Shown piece by piece: positions 10,074 through 20,564 of a stretch of 64,000 nucleotides of DNA (its first letter is position 1; every line of letters begins with the position of its first letter). The position numbers and the translations under genes were made by a program. The notes beneath the pieces are model-generated. The model ran no database searches. It had not been told where the DNA came from and saw only the letters and a program-made list of their open reading frames with translations. Source of the DNA: an uncultured Saprospiraceae bacterium (GTDB lineage: Bacteria > Bacteroidota > Bacteroidia > Chitinophagales > Saprospiraceae); the NCBI GenBank assembly GCA_942492005.1, contig CALOED010000303.1, positions 9,823 through 73,822 on the forward strand, written 5' to 3'.

Positions 10074-10849
10074 AGGATTAATACGGTTAGTTTTAAAATT
10101 CCTAAATTTTAGATTAAAAAATGATTATCAGATTGTAATTTGATATGTAATTATAACGGGTTGGATGAATGCTATAAGATTATTTGGTGATTAAATAGCT
10201 CATACTCAATGTATAAGATAAACTGTGTAAACACTGTTAAATAATTAAACCAAACAGTTCTTAATTATCAAATAATCTTATGCGCTACCTTTAGTTATAG
10301 AAAATTTAATCGGATAAAGTGATTTTGATTGTATTGTATAAGTAAGCAATCAACGCAATGTATTCTTATTTTTATAAAAAAAAGCTATTAAACACTTATT
10401 TTACTGAATAACGTCGAACTATATCAATTAGTTGCCAATATTTAGACCAAACCTTATAAAACCCACCTTATTAGATAAAAATAATTGAAGGATTGGTTTT
10501 CTTTCGTGAATTTAAATATCAAATTGTTTGTTAGGAAAAAAATAAATTTGAAAGGAATACCAACTGATTTCATTGAAATGCTCACTACCTCAGAAATCTT
10601 TATACTAAAATGGTAAGTGGTCTAATTTTTAATTGTGGCACAAAAATACATTTAATTTTTAAAAATCAAAGATTATCTTTGCCAAAATTAAAAAAAATTA
10701 GAAACCTAAGAATAATAAGTGGTGGATTAGTTTGCTAAACTAATCATTACAGGATATATTAAAAACCGATAATTGCTTAAAAAATCCAAGTAGTTATAAA
10801 TAAACGTTTAAGCGTTTTGCCACAAAAATAACACAGAATAAAGTATATT

Positions 10850-12127
10850 ATGTTAGAATTAAAAGTAATCAGAACGCAGAAGGAGCGTGTTTTGGAAGGA
10901 TTGAAAGTAAAAAACTTTAAGCAACTCACGCTCGTGGATACCATTATTGAACTGGATGATAAGCGCAAAGCTATCCAACAAGAGCTAGACGAAATTTTAG
11001 CAAAAAACAATAGCGCATCCAAAGAAATAGGGCAACTATTCAGACAAGGCAAAAAAGAAGAAGCAAATGCGCTGAAAAATAGCATTGGTTCATTGAAAGA
11101 AAAGTCTCAAAACCTAAAAGAGGAACAAAACAAGGTATTGAGCGACTTGGACGAAGCCTTGATTCAGTTGCCGAATCTGCCGCATCCATCTGTGCCTGCG
11201 GGCAATTCTGAAGAAGATAACGAAGTATATCAAGCATGGGAAGGCGATTTTCCGAAACTACACGATGGGGCTGAACCTCATTGGGAATTGGCAAAAAAAT
11301 ACCAATTATTCGATTTAGAAATTGGCGCAAAAATCTCTGGCGCAGGTTTTCCATTATATCGAGGGCGTGGCGCAAAACTAGAGCGTGCGTTGATTAATTT
11401 TTTCTTGGACGAAGCCGAAAACGCTGGTTACGAAGAAATTATTCCGCCGCATTTGGTGAACGAAGCTACGGCTTACGGCACGGGGTCTTTGCCCGATAAG
11501 GAAGGGCAGATGTATTATGCCGAAAAAGATGATTTGTATCTTATACCAACTGCCGAAGTGCCGGTGACGAATATTCACAGGGATGAAATATTGGACGAAA
11601 AAGATTTGCCGATTAAATACACCAGTTACACACCTTGTTTCCGAAGAGAAGCGGGGTCTTATGGCGCACACGTCAAAGGCTTGAATCGAGTTCATCAGTT
11701 CAATAAAGTCGAGATTGTACAATTGGCGCACCCCGATAAGTCTTATGAAGTATTGGAAGAAATGCTCAATCACGTCAGAGGAATATTGGAAAAACTGGGC
11801 TTGCCTTACCGTATTTTAAGGCTTTGTGGTGGAGATGTGAGTTTTACTTCTGCGCTTACCTTCGATTTTGAGGTATATTCTGCCGCTCAAGAGCGTTGGT
11901 TAGAGGTCAGTTCGGTATCTAATTTTGAGACCTTTCAAAGCAATAGGATGAAACTTCGATTTCGTTCTAAAGAAAATAAAAAAACGCAACTCGTGCATAC
12001 ATTAAATGGTAGTGCGCTGGCGTTGGCAAGGATTTTTGCATCTATTCTCGAAAATTATCAAACGCCAGAAGGCATCGTAGTGCCAGAAGTATTGCGCCCT
12101 TATCTGAAATTTGAGATAATTGATTAA
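10850..12127 (+). CDS. serS: serine--tRNA ligase
   Basis: 425 aa with an N-terminal coiled-coil arm and a class II core (FRRE, GSALA motifs). Confidence 0.9.
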   Translation: MLELKVIRTQKERVLEGLKVKNFKQLTLVDTIIELDDKRKAIQQELDEILAKNNSASKEIGQLFRQGKKEEANALKNSIGSLKEKSQNLKEEQNKVLSDLDEALIQLPNLPHPSVPAGNSEEDNEVYQAWEGDFPKLHDGAEPHWELAKKYQLFDLEIGAKISGAGFPLYRGRGAKLERALINFFLDEAENAGYEEIIPPHLVNEATAYGTGSLPDKEGQMYYAEKDDLYLIPTAEVPVTNIHRDEILDEKDLPIKYTSYTPCFRREAGSYGAHVKGLNRVHQFNKVEIVQLAHPDKSYEVLEEMLNHVRGILEKLGLPYRILRLCGGDVSFTSALTFDFEVYSAAQERWLEVSSVSNFETFQSNRMKLRFRSKENKKTQLVHTLNGSALALARIFASILENYQTPEGIVVPEVLRPYLKFEIID

Positions 12128-12367
12128 TCGTAATATTTGTAAAAATAATGGAAGTTAGATAAGATTGTGGCATTAAATTCACAATTTTATCTAGCTTTTT
12201 AATTCTAGCTTTTAGCTAAGGCTTGTGACATATTTTTTAGGTTTTCGTCGAATACAACGAAATTTTAGTCTAATCCAAAGAACAGTCTATTCAATTATAC
12301 TGTTGAAAAAACATAAATTTTAACTATTTTAAAGATTTATATTATTAGAACAACACAAAATTAAAAA

Positions 12368-13063
12368 ATGGGAATTTATATAGGTTTAATGATTATCGGT
12401 GGAGTCTTTACCTTAATAGGTATGTTTCTCAGCAGTCGCCTAAAAAGTGTATTCAAGAAATACGAAGGCTACCGAATGAATAACGGCATGAGTGGGGCAG
12501 AAATAGCAGCAGCTATGCTCAAACATTACGGCATTTACGATGTCAGAATAGTAGAAGGACAAGGCATATTGACGGACCATTACAATCCGCAAAGCAAAAC
12601 GGTGAGTTTGAGTCCTGCGGTGTTTCGAGGCAGAAACATATCAGCGGCAGCCGTAGCAGCGCACGAATGCGGTCACGCCGTTCAGCACGCAGAGGCGTAT
12701 AGTATGCTTCAATTGCGCTCGGCCCTTGTACCGATAGTTCAGATTTCGGCAACCGTACAGCAATACTTGTTCACCATAGCTTTTATCTTTTTAGGAGGAT
12801 TTGGCAATGAGTGGGTTTTATTGGTTGCCATTGGGATTTTTGCGGTCACAGCCTTATTTAGCTTAGTGACGTTGCCCGTAGAGTTTGACGCTAGTAATCG
12901 AGCTTTGGCATGGCTCAATACGTCGGGTGTGGCTACCTCTTCGGAGCATAAAGGCGCAAAAGAAGCACTTTGGTGGGCGGCTATGACCTACGTTTCGGCA
13001 GCTTTGGCGGCAGTAGTACAAGTGATTTATTTGGTAATGATATACTTGAGCCGTAGAGATTAG
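12368..13063 (+). CDS. zinc metallopeptidase (Zn_peptidase_2/YugP-like membrane protein)
   Basis: 231 aa with an HECGHAVQH zinc motif and flanking TM segments. Confidence 0.75.
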   Translation: MGIYIGLMIIGGVFTLIGMFLSSRLKSVFKKYEGYRMNNGMSGAEIAAAMLKHYGIYDVRIVEGQGILTDHYNPQSKTVSLSPAVFRGRNISAAAVAAHECGHAVQHAEAYSMLQLRSALVPIVQISATVQQYLFTIAFIFLGGFGNEWVLLVAIGIFAVTALFSLVTLPVEFDASNRALAWLNTSGVATSSEHKGAKEALWWAAMTYVSAALAAVVQVIYLVMIYLSRRD

Positions 13064-13370
13064 AATAAATATTAATCAACTTAGTTTATAGCAAATGATA
13101 GCGGATTTTATTTTAAAATAAAGAAAATCGAGGCGGTAAGAATTTTTTCTACTGCTTCGATTTTTTTTTGAATAACGAAAAACTAGAGCAAAACTTTAAT
13201 TAAAAATACCTTCAAGTAATTGTCGGTTGAGTAGCGTATCAGCTTTGATTCCCAATACAATCGGTAGCTTTTTTTATCTTTACGACTTGTAGAAGTAGAA
13301 TATAAAAACTCATTAGAATAAAATATTTCCTAAAAAAACGAAAGAAAAAACAAACACGACCAAAAAAACC

Positions 13371-14591
13371 ATGCAAACAAAAACCAGTTCTTTCTCAAGC
13401 CTTTCAACCGAAAATACGATTGCACTTTCAGAAAATGGCATTCGATGCCAATGGTTTCGTACCATTGCGAATATGCCTGATGTATGGTCAGTTTTGGAAA
13501 TAGAAGATATATTTTTGCAAAAAAACTATTTAGCTTGCCTCGAAGCCTATCCGCCCGAAGATATGCGGTTTGTATATTGGATTTTTTATAAAAACGAACA
13601 ACCAATAGGTTTTGTCATGGGGCAAATCCAACACTTCAATGCTTACCGAAGCCTTAACGCTCTGCAACAAACCGAAAATAAAAAAGCATTATCCTTTCAG
13701 TTCAAAAAATGGTCTGCCAACCTCATTGACTATCATGTGTTGCTTATCGGCAATTTGCTCGTGACGGGCGAACATGGGTTTTATTTTTCAAATACGGCAA
13801 AAGAAACGCTCAATCTCGCAGATATACTGCACGAGGCTATTTCTAAAACATTGCCTTTTATTAAAAAAGAAAAAGTAACGGTGACTATTTTTAAAGAATA
13901 TTTTGAAAATAGCCTGCCGCCTTTAGCAGATTTTGAGCAAAAAAAATACAATAAAATGTCTGCCTTGCCGAATATGATAATTTCCATCCGAGAAGATTGG
14001 AATACCTTTGACGATTACCTCAAAGCCATGTCGTCAAAATATAGGGTGCGAGCCAAACGGGCATTCAAAAAAGGCAAAGACATTACCAAAAAAGAACTGG
14101 ACTTAGCGGATATTAAAGCATTAAATCCTCAAATTTTTGACCTCTATCGCCAAATTGCGAGCAAGGCAGAGTTCAACGCATTGCGATTGCATTCGGAATA
14201 TTTTTATGGCTTAAAAGAATATTTAGGCGATGATTTTAGGTTAATTGGTTATTTTTATAAGGAAGAATTAATTGGGTTTTATACCATGATTTTTGGCAAG
14301 CACGAGGTGGATGCGCATTTTTTGGGTATTAATGATGATTACAATCGAGAAATGCAAATTTATTTGAATATGCTCTATGATTTGATACGAAACGGAATAG
14401 ATGCAAAAACCAATGCCATAGCAATGGCTCGGACAGCACTCGAAATCAAAAGCTCCGTAGGCGCAGATGCTCACGATATGTTTGCTTACGTCAAATTTAA
14501 AAATCCAGTGATGAACTTAGTGGTTCGGCAAGCGGTGAAGTTCTTTCTTGCGCCTGTAGAATGGACGGCTCGTTCACCATTCAAGGAATGA
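13371..14591 (+). CDS. GNAT/FemAB-like acyltransferase family protein
   Basis: 406 aa. The assignment is by overall resemblance to BioF2-like/Acetyltransf_6 proteins. The start codon is uncertain. Confidence 0.5.
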   Translation: MQTKTSSFSSLSTENTIALSENGIRCQWFRTIANMPDVWSVLEIEDIFLQKNYLACLEAYPPEDMRFVYWIFYKNEQPIGFVMGQIQHFNAYRSLNALQQTENKKALSFQFKKWSANLIDYHVLLIGNLLVTGEHGFYFSNTAKETLNLADILHEAISKTLPFIKKEKVTVTIFKEYFENSLPPLADFEQKKYNKMSALPNMIISIREDWNTFDDYLKAMSSKYRVRAKRAFKKGKDITKKELDLADIKALNPQIFDLYRQIASKAEFNALRLHSEYFYGLKEYLGDDFRLIGYFYKEELIGFYTMIFGKHEVDAHFLGINDDYNREMQIYLNMLYDLIRNGIDAKTNAIAMARTALEIKSSVGADAHDMFAYVKFKNPVMNLVVRQAVKFFLAPVEWTARSPFKE

Positions 14592-14755
14592 TTTTATATG
14601 TCAGGCTTTATACTGAAAAAATGGTATGGTGCAAAGCAGAATATTGTCTATAACAGACGATTGCAAAAAAACTTTTATTTTGTGACCTTTTAATTTATTT
14701 GGGGTCAGAATAGCAGAATTTTTTCATTTAATGTTTTATCAAACAATTCAACGGA

Positions 14756-15373
14756 ATGGATATTTTACAAGCAATACAACAACAACTTGGCGATGATGCT
14801 ATCGCAGAATTAAGCAACTCTATTGGCGGTACAAAAGAGCAAACTACGGAGGCGGTAAACGCAGCATTGCCAACTATTTTGGGGGCAATGTCTCGAAGCG
14901 CAGAAAGTCCGAGCGGACAAAACGCTATTATGAGCTTTTTGGATAAAAACGGAGACGGCAATATCTTTGATGATTTGCAAGGCTATATCGGTGGTGGAAA
15001 TGACACGCATGGCGGTAGCAGCATCATTGACCAGTTTTTGGGTGGCAAAAAGCAAACAGTAGAGCAGGCTATCAGCGAAAAAAGCGGATTGAACAAGGAG
15101 GCTTCTTCTAACCTTCTAACGCAACTTGCGCCAATGATAATGAATATGCTCGGGAAAGCAGGCAATAACAATAATAACAATAACAGCGGCGGCGGCGGTT
15201 TTGATATTGGTAGTATCATTGGTTTATTGCAAAATCAAGGACAATCCACTAAAAAAGGTGGAAATCTAGGCTTTGTAGCTAATTTGCTTGACCAAGATGG
15301 CGATGGCGATATCATGGATGATGCGATGGACATCGGCAAGAAATTTTTAGGCGGCTTTTTCGGTCGCAAGTAA
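14756..15373 (+). CDS. DUF937 domain protein with two EF-hand-like DxDGDG loops
   Basis: 205 aa with a DUF937-like N-terminus. It has DKNGDGNIFDD and DQDGDGDIMDD loops and an N7-G4 low-complexity tract. Confidence 0.6.
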   Translation: MDILQAIQQQLGDDAIAELSNSIGGTKEQTTEAVNAALPTILGAMSRSAESPSGQNAIMSFLDKNGDGNIFDDLQGYIGGGNDTHGGSSIIDQFLGGKKQTVEQAISEKSGLNKEASSNLLTQLAPMIMNMLGKAGNNNNNNNSGGGGFDIGSIIGLLQNQGQSTKKGGNLGFVANLLDQDGDGDIMDDAMDIGKKFLGGFFGRK

Positions 15374-15417
15374 ATTTGAATATTTACTAACTTAAACTAA
15401 CATCAAGCTAGAATAGC

Positions 15418-15449
15418 AAAGGGAATGACAATCGTCATTCCCTTTTTTG
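15418..15449 (+). terminator. intrinsic terminator
   Basis: GGGAATGAC-AATC-GTCATTCCC stem followed by TTTTTT, 45 nt after the stop at 15373. Confidence 0.7.
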
Positions 15450-15852
15450 TTGTTTGTAAGTAAATTTTAAGTATTAAATTCGGTCAGTGAACAGCTTTTG
15501 GAATTGTCTAACAGTGTTTAGGTATGCCTAGTCTTGTTGAGTATAATGGTTTGCTACCAATTTAAAGGCTTTTCTGCCAGCAAAGATAACTCCCAAGATA
15601 AGCGTGTACGTTAGTGTGGCTGTCATTATGTATTGATTTTAGTGAAAGTATTTAAGAGCAAATATATAAAACGAATGGCAAGCTAAGAAACAAAAACTCG
15701 CTTTTTTACAAAAAAATGTATATTTAAGTGAAACTTTTTTGGAAAACCTTATATGTTTGAGAGCTGATTATTAGGAAATAAAAAAAGAAGTATATGTGTA
15801 ACGATTAAAGTTTGCGATTAGCGGCTAATGCTGCTAAAAAAATGGAACAAAA

Positions 15853-17809
15853 ATGAAAAAAATTGTAATCAGTGGTAAAAATCTCCGAATAGAAGATGTA
15901 ATTGCCGTGGCGTATGACGAAACGTGTATTGTAGAGATTGACCATTCGGCTATTCAACAAGTAAAGGCAGCACAAGCATTTATTCATCAGCAAGTACAAG
16001 AAGGAAAGATAGTATATGGCGTAACGACGGGCTTTGGTATCAATGCCGATAAAAATATACCTTCGGACGAAGCGGAACTTCTCCAGCATAATTTATTGAT
16101 TTCTCACGCTTCGGGTATTGGCGAGCCTTTCAGCCAAGAAATGGTACGAGCGATTATGTTTATTCGGCTGAATACGCTTTTGGCAGGGCATTCGGGCATC
16201 CGATTACAAACTATCAAAACTCCTTTTACAATTCCTTAATCAAGGGATTCATCCTTTTATTCCGCAACAAGGCTCGGTAGGAGCGAGTGGCGATTTAGCT
16301 CCGCTTGCCCACATGGCATCGGCTTTGATTGGATTTGGCAAAGTGGATTTTAGAGGCAAACGCTATACTTTGAATGCCTTATATGAGTTGCCTGCAATTC
16401 AAGAAATTAATCAAAATATCCAAAAAGAAAATAACTTAAACGGATTGCGCCCGTCAGATGATGGCTATCAAGTTTCGATACGAGCGGCTCAACTCACGCA
16501 CAAAGAGAGTCTAGCTTTGATAAATGGCACTACGGTAATGAATGCGCTCGGTGCATTGGCGGTGCATCAGGCAGAGCAATTGATGGAGCGAGCCGTAGAA
16601 AGTGGGGCAATGTTTGCCGAAGCCTTGTGCGCTCGTTCGCAAGCCTTTGATGATGTCATTCATATTGTCAGGCGACATCAGGGACAACGGGCAGTGGGTT
16701 TGCAACTGAGTGAGCATTTTAAAAAAAGCCAATTTATCGGCTTATCGCCCATTCAAATTGTAGAAAAACTTCCCAAAGAACTCGTTCAAATTACGGATTA
16801 CTCCGCTTTACATCAAAAAATAGAAGAGCGCATTCAGCTTTTAAAACTATCGAACTTGCCTCATCTCGCTCCTCAAATCGAACAACTCCAGACGCTTTTG
16901 AGTGTCAATTCCAAAGATGTTTTATTACAATCCGATAGCATCAAAACCTTGATGTCGAATATTCCACGACAGTTTTGCGAATTTTTACACCGTCACCTCT
17001 TGCCCGAAAATACGGCAGAATGGCTATCTTGGAAACAATTATTAGCCATTGCACTCAAAAAAATAACGCCACAAGATGCTTATTCCGTCCGTTGTATGCC
17101 GCAAGTATTTGGCGCAAGCCTAAGCGCATTGAATCACGTGAAATCAGTAATTGAAGCAGAGTTGAATGCCGTGGTGGACAATCCGATTATTTTTATGAAA
17201 GGTCAGCAATTGCACAATGGAGTCGTGATAGAAGAGAGTCGAGTACTTTCGGGCGGCAATTTTCATGGGCAGCCCTTGGCATTGGTATTGGATTATCTGA
17301 AATTAGCCATTGCAGAACTCGGCAATATGCTCGAACGCCAAATTTGTAAACTCAACGATAAACATCACAACGACGGTTTGCCGCTTTTTTTGGTGGAGCA
17401 TTCGGGCATCAATTCGGGCGTGATGATGGGACAATACGCTGCGGCAGCCCTAGTTTCTGAAAACAAAGTGCTGGTGCATCCTGCTTCGGCGGATTCGATT
17501 CCGACGAGTGCGAACCAAGAAGACCATGTAAGTATGGGAACAATTGCAGGCAGACAGGCTCTGGAAATGATTGGAAATGTAGAGAAGATTTTAGCCATTC
17601 ATCTGATTACCAGCAAGCAAGCCTTAGAAATGCGAATGAAGCAATTTGATGGTAAAATTCCGCTTCAAATTTCTACCAATAGCCAAAAACTCATGAACCG
17701 ATTGGAAGCTATCGGTATTACGTATTATGAAAAGGATAGATTTTTGTATGATGATATTGATGCGGTGATTCGAGCATTGGGAATTAATCAGTTCACCGCT
17801 CGTAGTTAA
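15853..17809 (+). pseudogene. hutH: histidine ammonia-lyase family (MIO enzyme) with about 100-aa internal insertion; frameshifted near 16216-16220
   Basis: The MIO motif GSVGASGDLAPLAH lies in the second frame (open from 16172). The N-terminal 128-aa ORF carries GVTTGFG and LISHASGIG (the SH pair typical of HAL). Deleting one A from the A4 run at 16216-16219 restores ...RLQTIKLLLQFLNQGIHPFIPQQGSVGASG. Confidence 0.8.
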
Positions 17810-18011
17810 TAATAACTAGCGAGCAAAAAAGACTTTCTAGTTTTGTAAAATCTGGAAAGCCAAGCGTTTTGTCATTCATTTTACGGAATATCCTTAATCA
17901 AGAGATTTAGAACCATACGAAAAAGAACCTATTTTTTTTATGGTTTTAAAATTTTTTATGAGAAAGCTCTTTAAAATCAAACAATATAAATCAAAAACAT
18001 AATACAATTTT

Positions 18012-19631
18012 ATGAAATATATTTTACCATTTTTACTACTTGCAAACCTCACGATGGCGCAAGTGAATTTTCAATCTTCTGACTTGCCAATTGTGGTTAT
18101 CAATAGCACGTATGCCATTATTGACGAACCGAAAAGAGATGCTACAATGGGAATTATTTATAATGGAGAAGGGCAACGAAATGCGCTTTCTGACCCATTC
18201 AATGAGTATGATGGTAAAATAGGCATAGAACTACGAGGGCAGTCTTCGCAATTCTTTTTTGATAAAAAATCGTATGGCATCGAAACACGAGACACGAGCG
18301 GCGAGAATTTGAATGTTTCGCTGCTCGGTATGCCCAAAGAGAACGATTGGATTTTTTATGGGCCAGTTTCAGATAAAACGCTGGTTCGCAATACGTTGAT
18401 GTATCAATTGAGCAACGAAATAGGGCGATACGCTAGTCGCACGAGGTTTTGTGAATTGGTGCTGAATGGCGAATACGTTGGCGTATATGTGTTGATAGAA
18501 AAAATCAAAAGAGACAAAAACCGTGTGGATATTGCCAAACTCACGCCCGACAAACTCGATGGCGATGAAATTACTGGCGGTTATATTTTGAGGCTTGATA
18601 AGTACGGGATTTACGATACCAATATTTTTCCGTCGCAATTTTCGAGCGAAACTATCCGATTGGATTACCAAGTCATTTATCCAAAATCGGAAGAATTGCA
18701 TCCTTTGCAGTATGAATATATCCAGCAATATATGTATGATTTTGAAGAAGCACTGGTCAGCGAAGATTATCAAGACCCCGATATTGGTTTTAGAAAATAC
18801 ATTGACGTAGAGTCTTTTATAGATTATATTTTGCTGAATGAGTTGTCTCGCAACCCCGACGCTTACCGTATCAGCACTTATTTTCATAAAAAAAATGATG
18901 CCGAGGGCGGCAAAATTCAGATGGGGCCGATTTGGGATTTTAATATTGCAATGGGTAATGCTGATTTTTGTTTGGGGCCTAGTCATCATGGCTGGGTATT
19001 GAATTACAATATAACTTGCCCAAATGATTATTGGCTGATTGGTTATTGGTGGGATAAATTAATGACAGACCCCGATTTTGTGGTACAATTACAAAATCGT
19101 TGGGCAGCATTGCGTCAATCGGCCTTTAGTGTGGAAAATATTCATGGTATTATTGACAGTTCTGCCCAAATATTGGATGAAGCGCAGGGTAGAAATTTTA
19201 CAAAACACGATATTTTAGATACTTACATTTGGCCCAATTATTACATTGGAGGCAGCTATCCTGCTGAAATTTTGTGGCTCAAAAATTGGTTTGCAAAACG
19301 CCTCAACTGGATGGATGAAAATATTCAAAATATCAGCGTGCAAGTGAAAGGTAGTTCGAGCCATTTTGTACAAAAAATATATCCCAACCCCGTTCGCAAC
19401 CAAATGACGATTGAGCTTCAGTTAGAAAATGAATCCGATATGGTTCAATTTACTATAATGAATACACTTGGACAAATAGTAGCTAAAATGAATTTAGAGC
19501 CGATTTATGGTTTGAATGCTCGCTATCAAGTGCCTTCTACTTTGATAAAACAACTGGACGGCGGTATTTATTTTTATATCATGACAATAGGAGGGAGAGG
19601 TACACTGACTGGGAAATTCATGAAGGAATAA
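18012..19631 (+). CDS. CotH family protein with T9SS C-terminal sorting domain
   Basis: 539 aa with a signal peptide and a CotH-like core. The last ~80 aa (KIYPNPVRNQMTIEL...GIYFYIMTIGG) resemble a T9SS CTD. Confidence 0.65.
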   Translation: MKYILPFLLLANLTMAQVNFQSSDLPIVVINSTYAIIDEPKRDATMGIIYNGEGQRNALSDPFNEYDGKIGIELRGQSSQFFFDKKSYGIETRDTSGENLNVSLLGMPKENDWIFYGPVSDKTLVRNTLMYQLSNEIGRYASRTRFCELVLNGEYVGVYVLIEKIKRDKNRVDIAKLTPDKLDGDEITGGYILRLDKYGIYDTNIFPSQFSSETIRLDYQVIYPKSEELHPLQYEYIQQYMYDFEEALVSEDYQDPDIGFRKYIDVESFIDYILLNELSRNPDAYRISTYFHKKNDAEGGKIQMGPIWDFNIAMGNADFCLGPSHHGWVLNYNITCPNDYWLIGYWWDKLMTDPDFVVQLQNRWAALRQSAFSVENIHGIIDSSAQILDEAQGRNFTKHDILDTYIWPNYYIGGSYPAEILWLKNWFAKRLNWMDENIQNISVQVKGSSSHFVQKIYPNPVRNQMTIELQLENESDMVQFTIMNTLGQIVAKMNLEPIYGLNARYQVPSTLIKQLDGGIYFYIMTIGGRGTLTGKFMKE

Positions 19632-19657
19632 GTGAATAGGAGACTCCATAATAGATA

Positions 19658-19694
19658 ATATGTTTACTAAACTTTTAAAGTTTAGTAAACATAT
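19658..19694. terminator. palindromic hairpin between convergent genes
   Basis: ATATGTTTACTAAACTT-TTAA-AGTTTAGTAAACATAT, a 16-17-bp stem between the stops at 19631 (+) and 19707 (-). Confidence 0.55.
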
Positions 19695-19706
19695 ACTCAT
19701 ACTATT

Positions 19707-20459
19707 CTACATATCTTTTTTATCTTCTTCCTTTTTCTTCAATTCATCATTTATCCATTTCATGGTTTTTACAAAATCCGCATCTTTTTTAAGGTCGATT
19801 TTTTCCTTTATTAAATAAGATTTCAATTTTTTCTTGATGCGACTAGGTACATTTTTTAATAATGCGCTTTTGCTTCGGCGGAGTACTTTGTATTTTTTGC
19901 TACCTACTTTTATAAAATATTTTGGGCTACTCTTGAAGGTGTTTGATTTTTCCATCTGATAGCCGCTATCATTATCCGACTCGAAAAGATTGATGTGAGG
20001 TTTTTTTAGAACGGTGACATTGCCCGCACCAATCACTTCAAAAAACGTAGCTTTATATTTCAAAACATCCTCTTTTACAAAAGTATGTGTGGTAAAACTA
20101 TCTTTAAGCACAAAGCCTTTAATGGTAGCATTATCAATCATAATGCGTTCTTTTTTATTGACTTTTACGTACAATTCGTTTTCGTAAGCGTTCAATTTGA
20201 GCGTCACATCCATGATAACTTTCCCTTCGCTCGTCACGATATTGCCCGTTTTCCATTCGTCAATGAAGTATGGAGACCCCTTTACCGCAACATACCGACT
20301 GTCCGAAAGTAAAACGACATTATTGTAAGAACCCATCAGACTCTCCAAATAATCTTGACTGTTTTCGTATTCGTCCTTGTCTTTATCTTTATCTTGCGCT
20401 GCCAACGAAAAACCCAGCAACAAGGCCAAAAAAGTAAATAAGTATGGTATCGTTTTCAT
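19707..20459 (-). CDS. hypothetical secreted protein
   Basis: 250 aa with a signal peptide. It is lysine-rich and has no recognised motif. Confidence 0.55.
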   Translation of the reverse strand: MKTIPYLFTFLALLLGFSLAAQDKDKDKDEYENSQDYLESLMGSYNNVVLLSDSRYVAVKGSPYFIDEWKTGNIVTSEGKVIMDVTLKLNAYENELYVKVNKKERIMIDNATIKGFVLKDSFTTHTFVKEDVLKYKATFFEVIGAGNVTVLKKPHINLFESDNDSGYQMEKSNTFKSSPKYFIKVGSKKYKVLRRSKSALLKNVPSRIKKKLKSYLIKEKIDLKKDADFVKTMKWINDELKKKEEDKKDM

Positions 20460-20564
20460 ATTTGTTTATTTTTTAATGGATAGAATATCGTCGAACGAGC
20501 CTGTATCAGGTCGATTTATTCAAGACAATTCAAATAGATTGTTTTGTAAAACTGCCCACTTTTC

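Noticed and set aside
15540-15640. 32-aa minus-strand ORF MTATLTYTLILGVIFAGRKAFKLVANHYTQQD (a possible small membrane protein)
   Set aside because: It is too short to support from sequence alone. No RBS or promoter evidence could be assessed, so it is left unannotated.
18369-18989. Long antisense ORFs inside well-supported genes. Examples: 18369..18989, 5290..5814, 59497..60318, 53364..53879, 43144..43587, 2620..3003, 9645..10004.
   Set aside because: Each lies opposite a gene with clear family motifs. They have odd composition (Cys/Arg/Phe-rich or low complexity), so they are shadow ORFs.
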